Shown piece after piece: positions 53,693-64,000 of a DNA stretch of 64,000 bases. The DNA comes from Piscinibacter sp. (GTDB lineage: Bacteria; Pseudomonadota; Gammaproteobacteria; Burkholderiales; Burkholderiaceae_C), in NCBI RefSeq assembly GCF_017983795.1, contig NZ_JAGOAS010000003.1; one strand, written 5' to 3'. The position numbers and the translations under genes are program-made. Position 1 is the first letter of the stretch; each line of letters opens with the position of its first letter. The notes below the pieces were generated by a model. That model did no database searches and had not been told where the DNA came from. It saw only the letters and a program-made list of their open reading frames with translations.

Positions 53693-53999
53693 GCGGCTGC
53701 ACGTCAGCGTGGCCTACAGCCCGCGCGCCGGCGAGGTCGAGGAGGTGGAGCTGGACTTGCCCGCCGGCGCGACGCTCATCGAGGCGATCCGCGCCAGCGG
53801 CCTGATCGAGCGGCACCCGGGGCTGGATCTCGACGCGGCCCGCATCGGCGTGTGGGGCCGGGTGCAGCCGCCCTCGCATCCGCTGCGCGAGCGGGATCGC
53901 GTGGAGATCTATCGCGCGCTGCAGGTCGATCCGAAGGAGGCGCGGCGGCTGCGCTACCGCAAGAGCGGCAGCAAGGCCAAACCGCAGGCCGGGGGCTGA
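53679..53999 (+). CDS. rnfH: RnfH family ubiquitin-like protein
   Basis: VGVWGR, RDRVEIYRAL and DPKEARR. It overlaps the ratA end by 14 nt. Confidence 0.85.
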   Translation: MAPAERLHVSVAYSPRAGEVEEVELDLPAGATLIEAIRASGLIERHPGLDLDAARIGVWGRVQPPSHPLRERDRVEIYRALQVDPKEARRLRYRKSGSKAKPQAGG

Positions 54000-54011
54000 G
54001 CCGTCCGGCTG

Positions 54012-54512
54012 CTACTTGGCGCAGTCGGCGTTGGCGAGGTCGCGGGCGCGCTTCATCTCGTCGGCGCGCATCTTGTCGTCGAGCACCTCGCGCTCGCCCT
54101 TCTCGTTGACACGCGCCATGCGCATGCCGCTTTCGAGCGCGCGGATCTGGTCGCGGGCGCGCTTGCAGTTCTCGGCCTTGGCGGCGGCGACGCGCTGCTC
54201 ATCGGCCTTGGCCTTGGCGGCGTCTTCCTGCTCGGCCTTCTTGCGCTTGGCTTCGAGTTCGGGGTCGACCGCTTTCGCGGGCTGAGCAGCACCGGAGGCC
54301 GCCGGCGACGCAGCGGCCGCCGGCGCGGCGGCGCGCAGCGTGGCCGGCGTGGGACGCGAGAGTATGTCCTTCTCCGACACGCCGGGCGGCGGCGGCAGGT
54401 CGCTGTACTGGATCTGGCCGTTCGCGCCGCGCCACTTCCACTGCGCAGCAGCAGGCAGGGCCAGGGTGGCGCCCGCCAGGGCGATGGAGAGGAGGGTGAG
54501 TCGGAAACGCAT
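54012..54512 (-). CDS. DUF4124 domain periplasmic protein
   Basis: Signal peptide, then QWKWRGANGQIQYSDLPPP and a charged coiled C-terminus. The start is set at MRFRLTLL. Confidence 0.7.
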   Translation of the reverse strand: MRFRLTLLSIALAGATLALPAAAQWKWRGANGQIQYSDLPPPPGVSEKDILSRPTPATLRAAAPAAAASPAASGAAQPAKAVDPELEAKRKKAEQEDAAKAKADEQRVAAAKAENCKRARDQIRALESGMRMARVNEKGEREVLDDKMRADEMKRARDLANADCAK

Positions 54513-54616
54513 GGTGCGATGGTAACGGCCGAAGCTGCCGGGCAGTGTACCGGCCACCCCCCGGAGACGTGCGGCGCAACGGTCACAAAGCGTGCGCTGC
54601 AGCACGCTCCGTATAA

Positions 54617-56116
<1,500 letters not shown>

Positions 56117-56157
56117 GCGTGGCCGACGCATCCGGCACGCGCCGCCGCGAGGCGGGG

Positions 56158-57369
56158 ATGCCTTTCATCCTGGTGACGGTGTTGCTCGACATGGTCGCGA
56201 TCGGCCTGATCGTGCCCGTGCTGCCGCTCATCGTCGGGCGCTTCACCGCCTCGCCGACCGAGCAGACCTTCTGGTTCGGCGCCGTCACCTTCACCTTCGG
56301 GGTGGCGAATTTCTTCGCCGCGCCAGTGCTCGGCGCGCTGTCCGACCGCTACGGCCGCCGGCCGGTGCTGCTGCTCGGCTTCTGCGGCCTGGCCACCAGC
56401 TTCATCGTCACCGGCCTGGCCACGGCGCTGTGGATGCTGATCGCGGTGCGCCTGGTCAGCGGCGCGATGCAGGCCAATGCCGCGGTCGCCAACGCCTACG
56501 TCGCCGACATCACCGCGCCGGCCGATCGTGCGCGCCGCTTCGGCCTGCTCGGCGCGATGTTCGGCATCGGCTTCATCCTCGGGCCGGCGATGGGCGGCCT
56601 GCTCGGCGCCATCGACATCCACCTGCCGTTCTTCGCCGCCGGCACGCTGGCCATCGCCAACTGGCTGTACGGCTTCTTCGTGCTGCCCGAATCGCTGCCG
56701 CCGGAGCGCCGCCGCGCCTTCGAGTGGCGCCGCGCCAACCCCTTCGCGGCGCTGCGCCGGCTCGGCGCACTCAAGGGCGTCGGGCCGCTGATCGCGGTGA
56801 TCGCGCTGGCCAACCTGGCGCAGTTCACGCTGCATTCGAGCTGGGTGCTGCACAACACCTTCAAGTTCGGCTGGGGGCCGGCGGAGAACGGCTGGTCGCT
56901 GTTCGTCGTCGGCGTCATGTCGGCCCTGGTGCAGGGCGTGCTGCTGCGCCACCTGCTCAAGCGCTTCTCGCCGCAGCGGCTCGCCACGGTGGGGCTGATC
57001 GCCTCCGCGCTGACCTACCTCGGCTTCGGCCTGGCCACGCAGGGCTGGATGATCTTCGCGGTGATCGTGGTGGGCACGCTGCTCGGCGGCGGCGCGCAGG
57101 CGGCGATCCAGAGCCTGGTGTCCAACGCCGCCGACGCGCACTCGCAGGGGCAGACGGCCGGCTCGGTGGCCTCGCTGACCAGCCTGATGGCCGTGCTCGC
57201 ACCGACCATCGCCGCGCCGCTGCTGGGCATCGTCTCGCACCTGCCGCGCGGCGACATGCGCATCGGCCTGCCGTTCTTCTTCTGCGCGCTGCTGCAGGCC
57301 GCGGGCGCCATCATCGCCTTTCTCCACTTCCGCCGCCAGCGCGCCGGCCACGCGCCCGCCACCGCCTGA
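56158..57369 (+). CDS. MFS transporter (TCR/Tet-like family)
   Basis: LPLIVGRF and motif A ([16 protein letters not shown]). About 12 TM. An alternative GTG start exists at 56119. Confidence 0.8.
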   Translation: MPFILVTVLLDMVAIGLIVPVLPLIVGRFTASPTEQTFWFGAVTFTFGVANFFAAPVLGALSDRYGRRPVLLLGFCGLATSFIVTGLATALWMLIAVRLVSGAMQANAAVANAYVADITAPADRARRFGLLGAMFGIGFILGPAMGGLLGAIDIHLPFFAAGTLAIANWLYGFFVLPESLPPERRRAFEWRRANPFAALRRLGALKGVGPLIAVIALANLAQFTLHSSWVLHNTFKFGWGPAENGWSLFVVGVMSALVQGVLLRHLLKRFSPQRLATVGLIASALTYLGFGLATQGWMIFAVIVVGTLLGGGAQAAIQSLVSNAADAHSQGQTAGSVASLTSLMAVLAPTIAAPLLGIVSHLPRGDMRIGLPFFFCALLQAAGAIIAFLHFRRQRAGHAPATA

Positions 57370-57376
57370 GACCGCC

Positions 57377-58960
<1,584 letters not shown>

Positions 58961-58966
58961 TTCGGC

Positions 58967-59060
58967 GTCTTTCAGCGTCTATCGATGTCTATCGGAAATC
59001 GTTGCTAAGTGCTTGTCCCGTATAGAGAACGTCTGTCGAGATCTATCGACATCTATCGGG
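58967..59060. repeat. Two blocks of three 10-bp phased RTCTNTCRNN units
   Basis: Block 1 (58967-58996) is GTCTTTCAGC GTCTATCGAT GTCTATCGGA. Block 2 (59031-59060) is GTCTGTCGAG ATCTATCGAC ATCTATCGGG. The last 20 nt of the two blocks match 16/20. Confidence 0.7.
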
Positions 59061-59076
59061 GGGATGCCTTCCAGTT

Positions 59077-59232
59077 TGACGGTAAATCTGACGGTAAAAA
59101 TTCGACACGGACACCCTCAGAATTTTTTACCGTCAGCACTTTGCGTTCATTGACGGTAAAAAAATAGACAGAAAAACAAGGCGGAACAACAGCTTATCGA
59201 AGTTGTAGCGGTCAAATCATCGTGACGGTAAA
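59077..59232. repeat. Five copies of TGACGGTAAA (four direct, one inverted) upstream of and overlapping the integrase leader
   Basis: Direct copies lie at 59077-59086, 59089-59098, 59151-59160 and 59223-59232. The inverted copy is at 59126-59135. Copies 2 and 3 extend to a 15/16-nt inverted repeat (59089-59103 / 59120-59135) around a 16-nt spacer. Confidence 0.75.
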
Positions 59233-59257
59233 ATTTCTCCGAGAGGAGGGACCGCCG

Positions 59258-60517
59258 ATGCTGTCCGATGGCACGCTCAGGGGCATCAAGCCACAGGCCA
59301 CCACCTACAAGATCGCCGACCGGGACGGGATGTACGTGACCGTCTCCCCCAGGGGCACGATCACTTTTCGTCTCGACTACCGGCTCAACGGCCGGCGGGA
59401 GACGCTCACGATCGGCCGCTACGGGTCCAAGGACGGGATCTCACTGCTCATGGCGCGCGAGCGCTGCACGGAGGCGCGCAAGGCAATCGCTGAAGGCCAA
59501 TCCCCCAGCCAGGAAAAGCAGCGCGAGAAGCGCCGGATGTCCGAGGCCAAGACCTTCGAGGAGTTCACCAAGCGCTGGCTGGAAGAAGCCAGGATGGCCG
59601 ACAGCACCAAGTCGATGCGCAAGAGCATCATCGACCGCGACATCATGCCGGTGTTCCGCAACCGGCTGATGGCCGAGATCGGCGCGGAGGACCTGCGCAA
59701 CCTGTGCGCCAAGGTCAAGGCGCGCGGCGCACCGGCGACCGCCGTGCACGTGCGCGACATCGTCAAGCAGGTGTTCGGTTTCGCGGCGCTGCATGGCGAC
59801 AAGGCGCCGAATCCCGCGGACGAAGTCGGCCCCTCATCGATCGCCACCTTCGTGGCCAAGGACCGCGCGCTGTCGCCGTCCGAGATCCGCGTCATGCACC
59901 GGGTGCTGGACGCCACCGCGACCCTGCCGACCATCCGCCTGGCGCTGCGCCTGATCCTGCTGACGCTCGTGCGCAAGAGCGAACTGATCGAGGCCACCTG
60001 GGACGAGGTCGACTTCGAGAACGCCGTCTGGACGATTCCGAAGAGCCGCATGAAGGCCGGCAAGCCCCACAACGTCTACCTGTCGCAGCAGGCGCTCGAC
60101 ATCATGGTGGCGCTGCGTACCTGTGCCAGTGGGTCCAAGTTCCTACTGCCCTCGCGTTACGACGCCGATCGCTGCATGTCGAAGGCCACCTTGAACCGGG
60201 TCACCCAGACCGTCGCGGAGCGAGCCAAGGAAGCGAAGCTTCCGCTTGAGCGCTTTACCGTGCACGACCTGCGCCGCACCGGCTCGACCATCCTGAACGA
60301 GCTCGGCTTCAACAGCGACTGGATCGAGAAGTGCCTTGCCCACGAAGACGGGCGCTCATCGCGTGGCGTCTACAACAAGGCGGAGTACGCAGAGCAGCGC
60401 CGTCACATGCTGCAGGAGTGGGCGGACATGATCGATGCCTGGGTGGCGGGGAAGTCGCATACGCCGACGCTGCTGCCGCCGAGCATGAAGGTGGCGACGA
60501 CGGCGGCGCCGATATAG
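59258..60517 (+). CDS. int: Tyrosine-type site-specific integrase (P4-like, DUF4102 arm-binding N-terminus)
   Basis: N-terminus LRGIKPQATTYKIADRDGMYVTVSPRGTITFRLDYRLNGRR. Catalytic residues sit in LTLVRKSEL (R), HDLRRTGST (HxxR) and AHEDGRSSRGVYNKAEY (H..Y). GAGGAGGG lies 8 nt upstream of ATG 59258. Confidence 0.9.
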   Translation: MLSDGTLRGIKPQATTYKIADRDGMYVTVSPRGTITFRLDYRLNGRRETLTIGRYGSKDGISLLMARERCTEARKAIAEGQSPSQEKQREKRRMSEAKTFEEFTKRWLEEARMADSTKSMRKSIIDRDIMPVFRNRLMAEIGAEDLRNLCAKVKARGAPATAVHVRDIVKQVFGFAALHGDKAPNPADEVGPSSIATFVAKDRALSPSEIRVMHRVLDATATLPTIRLALRLILLTLVRKSELIEATWDEVDFENAVWTIPKSRMKAGKPHNVYLSQQALDIMVALRTCASGSKFLLPSRYDADRCMSKATLNRVTQTVAERAKEAKLPLERFTVHDLRRTGSTILNELGFNSDWIEKCLAHEDGRSSRGVYNKAEYAEQRRHMLQEWADMIDAWVAGKSHTPTLLPPSMKVATTAAPI

Positions 60518-60760
60518 ATGATGGCGCCGGGGCGCGAGGCGGGTCTTGTCGTCGAAGGGCTTCGTGGCGGTTTACCGCCTGCGACGTACTTTGTCTCACG
60601 GCAATGGCCGCTGCCCGGTTCACCGCTCCGTTCGGGACCGAGAATTGGCTGCCCCGAGTTCGTCGAGGGCTATCGGATGCCGCAGTTCGCTCAAGGCGTA
60701 GTACCTTCGTCCGGAACTGCAGCGCGCCTCCTGAAGCGAACGAAACCGGTGTGAATCTAT

Positions 60761-62620
60761 ATGACAGCTGCGCCAACGCTTCGACTCCGCTCAATCTTCG
60801 AGCTCCTGAGCGAGCGATTCTTCGTCCCGTCGTACCAGCGGGGCTTTCGTTGGACCGCGCGTCAAGTTGAAGCGCTGCTCGACGATCTGGCGGCGTTTCA
60901 ATTGTCCTCGCGACAGGGCAGTCCCAACTCCTTTTACTGTCTGCAGCCCGTCGTGGTCCGTCGTCGCTCCGAGAACGAATGGGAACTCGTCGATGGGCAG
61001 CAGAGGCTGACAACGATCTTCTTGATACTGCGTGCGCTGCGCGAGGTCGCGGCATTGCTCAACCGCGGCTGCTACGAGATCTCCTACCAGACGCGCGACG
61101 GAAGCGCGGCGTTTCTTAAGGAGCCGACACCAGAAGGCGCAATCCAATACATCGACTACCACTACATGTATGGGGCTTACGTAGCCATCGAGCGATGGTT
61201 CCGCGAGCGGGACGGTGCTCTGCGGTTGAGGCTACTGGACTGTCTAACTGGTCCTGATGGGGCTGCGCCGAACGTGCGTGTCATCTGGTACGAACTCGAT
61301 GAGAACCAGGATCCAGTACAGGCGTTCGTACGCCTCAATGTCGGCCGAATCCCGCTCACCAGCGCCGAGTTGATTCGGGCCCAGTTTCTGCGCTCCGATC
61401 GCGAGAGGCTTGATGCTCGTGACGCGCAGCAAATACCGCAGGACTGGGATCTCATCGAGCGGCGCCTGCAAGACGATGGATATTGGTACTTCCTCCAAAG
61501 CGGCAGTTCAGCCCCTCCGGCTCGCATCGAGTACCTGTTCGACGTCTTCATTCGAATGAAGCGCGCCCGTTCCCTCGATGCGTTGGGTGACGACCCCCTG
61601 GCGACTTACCTCGAGTTCCAGGCGCTCCTGGACGAAGAGAACGCAGACGCTTGGCAAGTCTGGCAGGAGTTCAAGAAGCTGACGCAGACACTGGAGGACT
61701 GGTATGAGGATCGGACCCTCTACCACCTCATAGGCTTCCTCGTCGCCACGTCTGCGGCTGACAAGTTCGCGGACGCGCGGCCACGGCAAGCGGAAGCCAA
61801 GGTCCTGATCGACCTGTTGGATACGCGGAGCAACGCTACTGGTACGGCGTTCGATCGGCACCTCAGGCGGCTGGCGTGGAAACGCTTTGCAGGCCCCCGA
61901 GCCGCCGAGCCACCGGCGGACGGCTTCGCGGAGGATGAACTCACGCAGCGCATCTCGGAGCGCATTGAAGACCTTGCGTATGGCTCTGTTGCGGTCCGCT
62001 CCGCACTGCTGCTCTTCAACATCGCGGGCCTGCTAGAGCAGAGAGCCTCGACGCAGCGATTCCAGTTCGACGGCTACAAAACCAACTATTGGGACATAGA
62101 GCACGTTCGGTCGGTCGCAGAGTATGTCCCCGGGGCAGCCGCTGACCGAAAGCGCTGGCTGGAGCACGCTGGCGAATTTGTCGCGAGTCCCGTTGCGGAG
62201 GCGCGCGATCTCGAAGAGTCGAGGGATCTTCGGCAGCAGATAGACGTGCTTCTTGCCGCATCCTCTCCTGAGGAGCAGGCGTTCATGGACGTGTTCGGCA
62301 GGGTGCGCGCACTCAGCGGCGAGGGCGAAGCGCGCGTGGACGACAACGCGCTATCCAATCTGGCGCTTCTCGACATGGGTACCAATCGCTCCTACAAGAA
62401 CGCAATCTTTCCTGTGAAGCGAACGCGAATCATCGAGCTCGACAAACTGGGGCAGTTCGTCCCGCACGCTACCCGAAACGTCTTCCTAAAGTATTACTCA
62501 CCGAACGCCGCGCAGCTGATGCTCTGGGACGGAGCCGATCAGGACGCGTACGGCGAGGCGATCGAGGAGACACTCCGGCGCTTCTTCGCGCCGCTCGTGC
62601 GGAAGGCGGGTGGGGTATGA
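60761..62620 (+). CDS. GmrSD-family protein: N-terminal DUF262 plus C-terminal DUF1524 (His-Me finger) - putative type IV modification-dependent restriction enzyme
   Basis: DUF262 motifs are FFVPSYQRGFRW, LVDGQQRLTTIFLIL and LNVGRIPLTSAELIRAQF. DUF1524-like motifs are NYWDIEHVRS and DDNALSNLALLDMGTNRSYKN. Length is 619 aa. Confidence 0.8.
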   Translation: MTAAPTLRLRSIFELLSERFFVPSYQRGFRWTARQVEALLDDLAAFQLSSRQGSPNSFYCLQPVVVRRRSENEWELVDGQQRLTTIFLILRALREVAALLNRGCYEISYQTRDGSAAFLKEPTPEGAIQYIDYHYMYGAYVAIERWFRERDGALRLRLLDCLTGPDGAAPNVRVIWYELDENQDPVQAFVRLNVGRIPLTSAELIRAQFLRSDRERLDARDAQQIPQDWDLIERRLQDDGYWYFLQSGSSAPPARIEYLFDVFIRMKRARSLDALGDDPLATYLEFQALLDEENADAWQVWQEFKKLTQTLEDWYEDRTLYHLIGFLVATSAADKFADARPRQAEAKVLIDLLDTRSNATGTAFDRHLRRLAWKRFAGPRAAEPPADGFAEDELTQRISERIEDLAYGSVAVRSALLLFNIAGLLEQRASTQRFQFDGYKTNYWDIEHVRSVAEYVPGAAADRKRWLEHAGEFVASPVAEARDLEESRDLRQQIDVLLAASSPEEQAFMDVFGRVRALSGEGEARVDDNALSNLALLDMGTNRSYKNAIFPVKRTRIIELDKLGQFVPHATRNVFLKYYSPNAAQLMLWDGADQDAYGEAIEETLRRFFAPLVRKAGGV

Positions 62621-64000
62621 AGACGGGCAGTTCGAGCTTCCGCGAGCTCTTCGGTGATGGTCACCGCGTCGAGGTTCCGGTCATTCAGCGGGACTACGCG
62701 CAGGGACGCGAGGATGAACACAGCCGGGAGGTCCGCAGGCGCTTCCTCGACGCGCTCGGTCAATCGCTTAGTGCAGAAGCGATGGAAACCGGAACTCTCG
62801 ATCTCGACTTCGTCTACGGTCGGTGGAAGGATGCCGACCGAACGCTGGAGCCGCTGGATGGGCAGCAGAGGCTGACCACGCTCTTTCTCTTACATTGGTA
62901 CCTTGCCAGCCTCGACCGCAAGTTCGATGAATTCCGGTCGTGGATCACGCTGCCTAGCGGCGGTTCATGCTTCACGTACCGTACACGACCCGCAGCGCGC
63001 GAGTTCTTCGATGCGCTTGTCCGCCAGCCGGCCCCCTTGGACACCATCTGCGCCAGGTCGACCGCGCTGTCGGACTGGGTCACGGACTCTGTTTGGTTCG
63101 TGAGGAGCTGGCGACGCGATCCCACGGTGCGCGGCTGCCTCACGATGCTCGACGCCATCCATGGGCGCTTCGCTGCGTCCAGTGGGGGTTGGCTTCGACT
63201 CGTTTCGACAGAGTCGCCGGTCATCAGCTTCCGCCTGCTACTGCTCGAGAACTTCAATCTCTCGGACGACCTCTACGTAAAGATGAACGCGCGCGGCAAG
63301 GCGCTGACGCCGTTCGAGGTCTTGAAGGCAGAGGTTGAACGCTTCGTCGGTGAGGCGTTCGGCGGCGAGCCATGCCCGCATGAGCCCGGGATGACCTGGC
63401 GCGACTACGTCAGCCGGCAGTTCGATATCGAGTGGACGGACTTTCTCTGGAAGCACCGAGGGACCACGACGGACATCGACCCTCGATTCATGCACCTGAT
63501 CCGAGCACTGGCGATCGTCCACTGTGTGAACCGCCGCGATGACGCGAGCCTGCCAAGGCAGGTCGATCAACTACTGGCGACCCCGGAGCCTGGCCTGCCT
63601 TTCTACGCGGAACTCGGCTGTCTCGACCGGGCATTCATAGAGCATATGGTCACCATCCTGGAGACGCTCGCCAAGTGCAAGGAGGCGCCGAGCTTCCTCG
63701 GTAGGACGAGCTACATGGACGAGGAGGGCGTCTTCCGGCGGGTCCTCCTGGCGCGAGGCGCGAATCAAGAAGACGGCCTCACGCTCATCGATTGGGTGAT
63801 GTTCTATGCGTGGTCCTCGTTCCTTCTCCGGTTCTCGAAGGACCTCGGGAGCGATCCGGTTCGCGCTTGGTTCAACGACTGGATCCGCGTAGTCAGGAAT
63901 CTTGCCAACAACTCGGACATCGATCGCAATGAACGCCTTGTCGCGGCGCTACGTGGGCTCGGGCAGCTTTCGCAGAGTTGCGGACCCGATTTCCTTTCAC
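62617..64000 (+). CDS. Second DUF262 domain protein (3' end outside the window; not in the supplied ORF track)
   Basis: I translated by hand from ATG 62617, which overlaps the previous stop as ATGA. The frame stays open for 461 codons to the window end. DUF262 motifs are VEVPVIQRDYAQGR, PLDGQQRLTTLFLLHWYL and YVKMNARGKALTPFEVLKAE. Confidence 0.75.
   Translation, partial: MKTGSSSFRELFGDGHRVEVPVIQRDYAQGREDEHSREVRRRFLDALGQSLSAEAMETGTLDLDFVYGRWKDADRTLEPLDGQQRLTTLFLLHWYLASLDRKFDEFRSWITLPSGGSCFTYRTRPAAREFFDALVRQPAPLDTICARSTALSDWVTDSVWFVRSWRRDPTVRGCLTMLDAIHGRFAASSGGWLRLVSTESPVISFRLLLLENFNLSDDLYVKMNARGKALTPFEVLKAEVERFVGEAFGGEPCPHEPGMTWRDYVSRQFDIEWTDFLWKHRGTTTDIDPRFMHLIRALAIVHCVNRRDDASLPRQVDQLLATPEPGLPFYAELGCLDRAFIEHMVTILETLAKCKEAPSFLGRTSYMDEEGVFRRVLLARGANQEDGLTLIDWVMFYAWSSFLLRFSKDLGSDPVRAWFNDWIRVVRNLANNSDIDRNERLVAALRGLGQLSQSCGPDFLS

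Larger units (their letters stand above)
58961..64000. mobile_element. Left end of an integrase-bearing genomic island inserted immediately 3' of guaA (continues beyond the window)
   Basis: Composition drops abruptly after the guaA stop; by my hand counts the intergenic stretch is roughly 40-45% GC and the cargo genes roughly 58-63%, against about 70% in the core. There is a 297-bp repeat-rich AT-rich junction, a P4-type integrase as the first gene, and defence-type cargo. The right end and the att duplication are not in the window. Confidence 0.65.

Noticed and set aside
59222-59257. The GTG at 59222 as the integrase start, as given in the ORF track.
   Set aside because: It lies inside the fifth TGACGGTAAA box. 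ATG 59258 has a strong GAGGAGGG RBS and yields the usual DUF4102 N-terminus.
60518-60754. A 78-aa ORF between the integrase and the first DUF262 gene, considered as a possible Xis/AlpA.
   Set aside because: It has no Shine-Dalgarno. The product is Gly/Pro/Arg-rich and shows no AlpA/Xis-like HTH, so it is more likely non-coding leader or promoter DNA.

Overview
This is a high-GC chromosomal segment (about 70% by eye). Gene content and synteny suggest a betaproteobacterium of the Burkholderiales type, which is an inference. All functional calls come from reading the supplied translations and the DNA by eye and recognising motifs; no searches were run.

Positions 1-58960 are densely packed core genome. 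In order, the genes are:
- an AddB-like/AddA-like nuclease-helicase pair
- three paralogous HDOD signalling genes (pseudokinase-HDOD, Ser/Thr kinase-HDOD-GAF, HDOD-GAF), with the SRP (4.5S) RNA gene on the opposite strand between the second and third
- a PurM-like gene, then dnaX-ybaB-recR, mltD-like, gloB, a methyltransferase and rnhA
- a ComFB-like gene, nadC-nadA, and an upstream unknown gene
- AraC, MFS, a TPP enzyme, EamA, Lrp, RraA, TrpB2, a TonB-C protein, serB, mfd and ispDF
- envZ-ompR, separated by an internal terminator
- SIMPL, bdhA, a hydrolase and spoT, then tRNA-Val(GAC) with its terminator
- a ModE-N-like regulator, MFS, modCBA, selD, phaR, a P450, rimO, metC, smpB, ratA-rnfH, a DUF4124 protein, guaB, MFS and guaA

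Immediately after the guaA stop (58960) the composition drops and a repeat-rich AT-rich junction begins. It is followed by a P4-type tyrosine integrase and two translationally coupled DUF262/GmrSD-like genes. The second of these is absent from the ORF track because it is still open at the window edge.

The most interesting candidates are this tandem GmrSD-like defence cargo at the edge of a guaA-adjacent genomic island, and the pseudokinase/kinase/HDOD-GAF paralogue array. I saw no rRNA genes, CRISPR arrays or transposases. Most long ORFs lying antisense to the listed genes are high-GC shadow ORFs.
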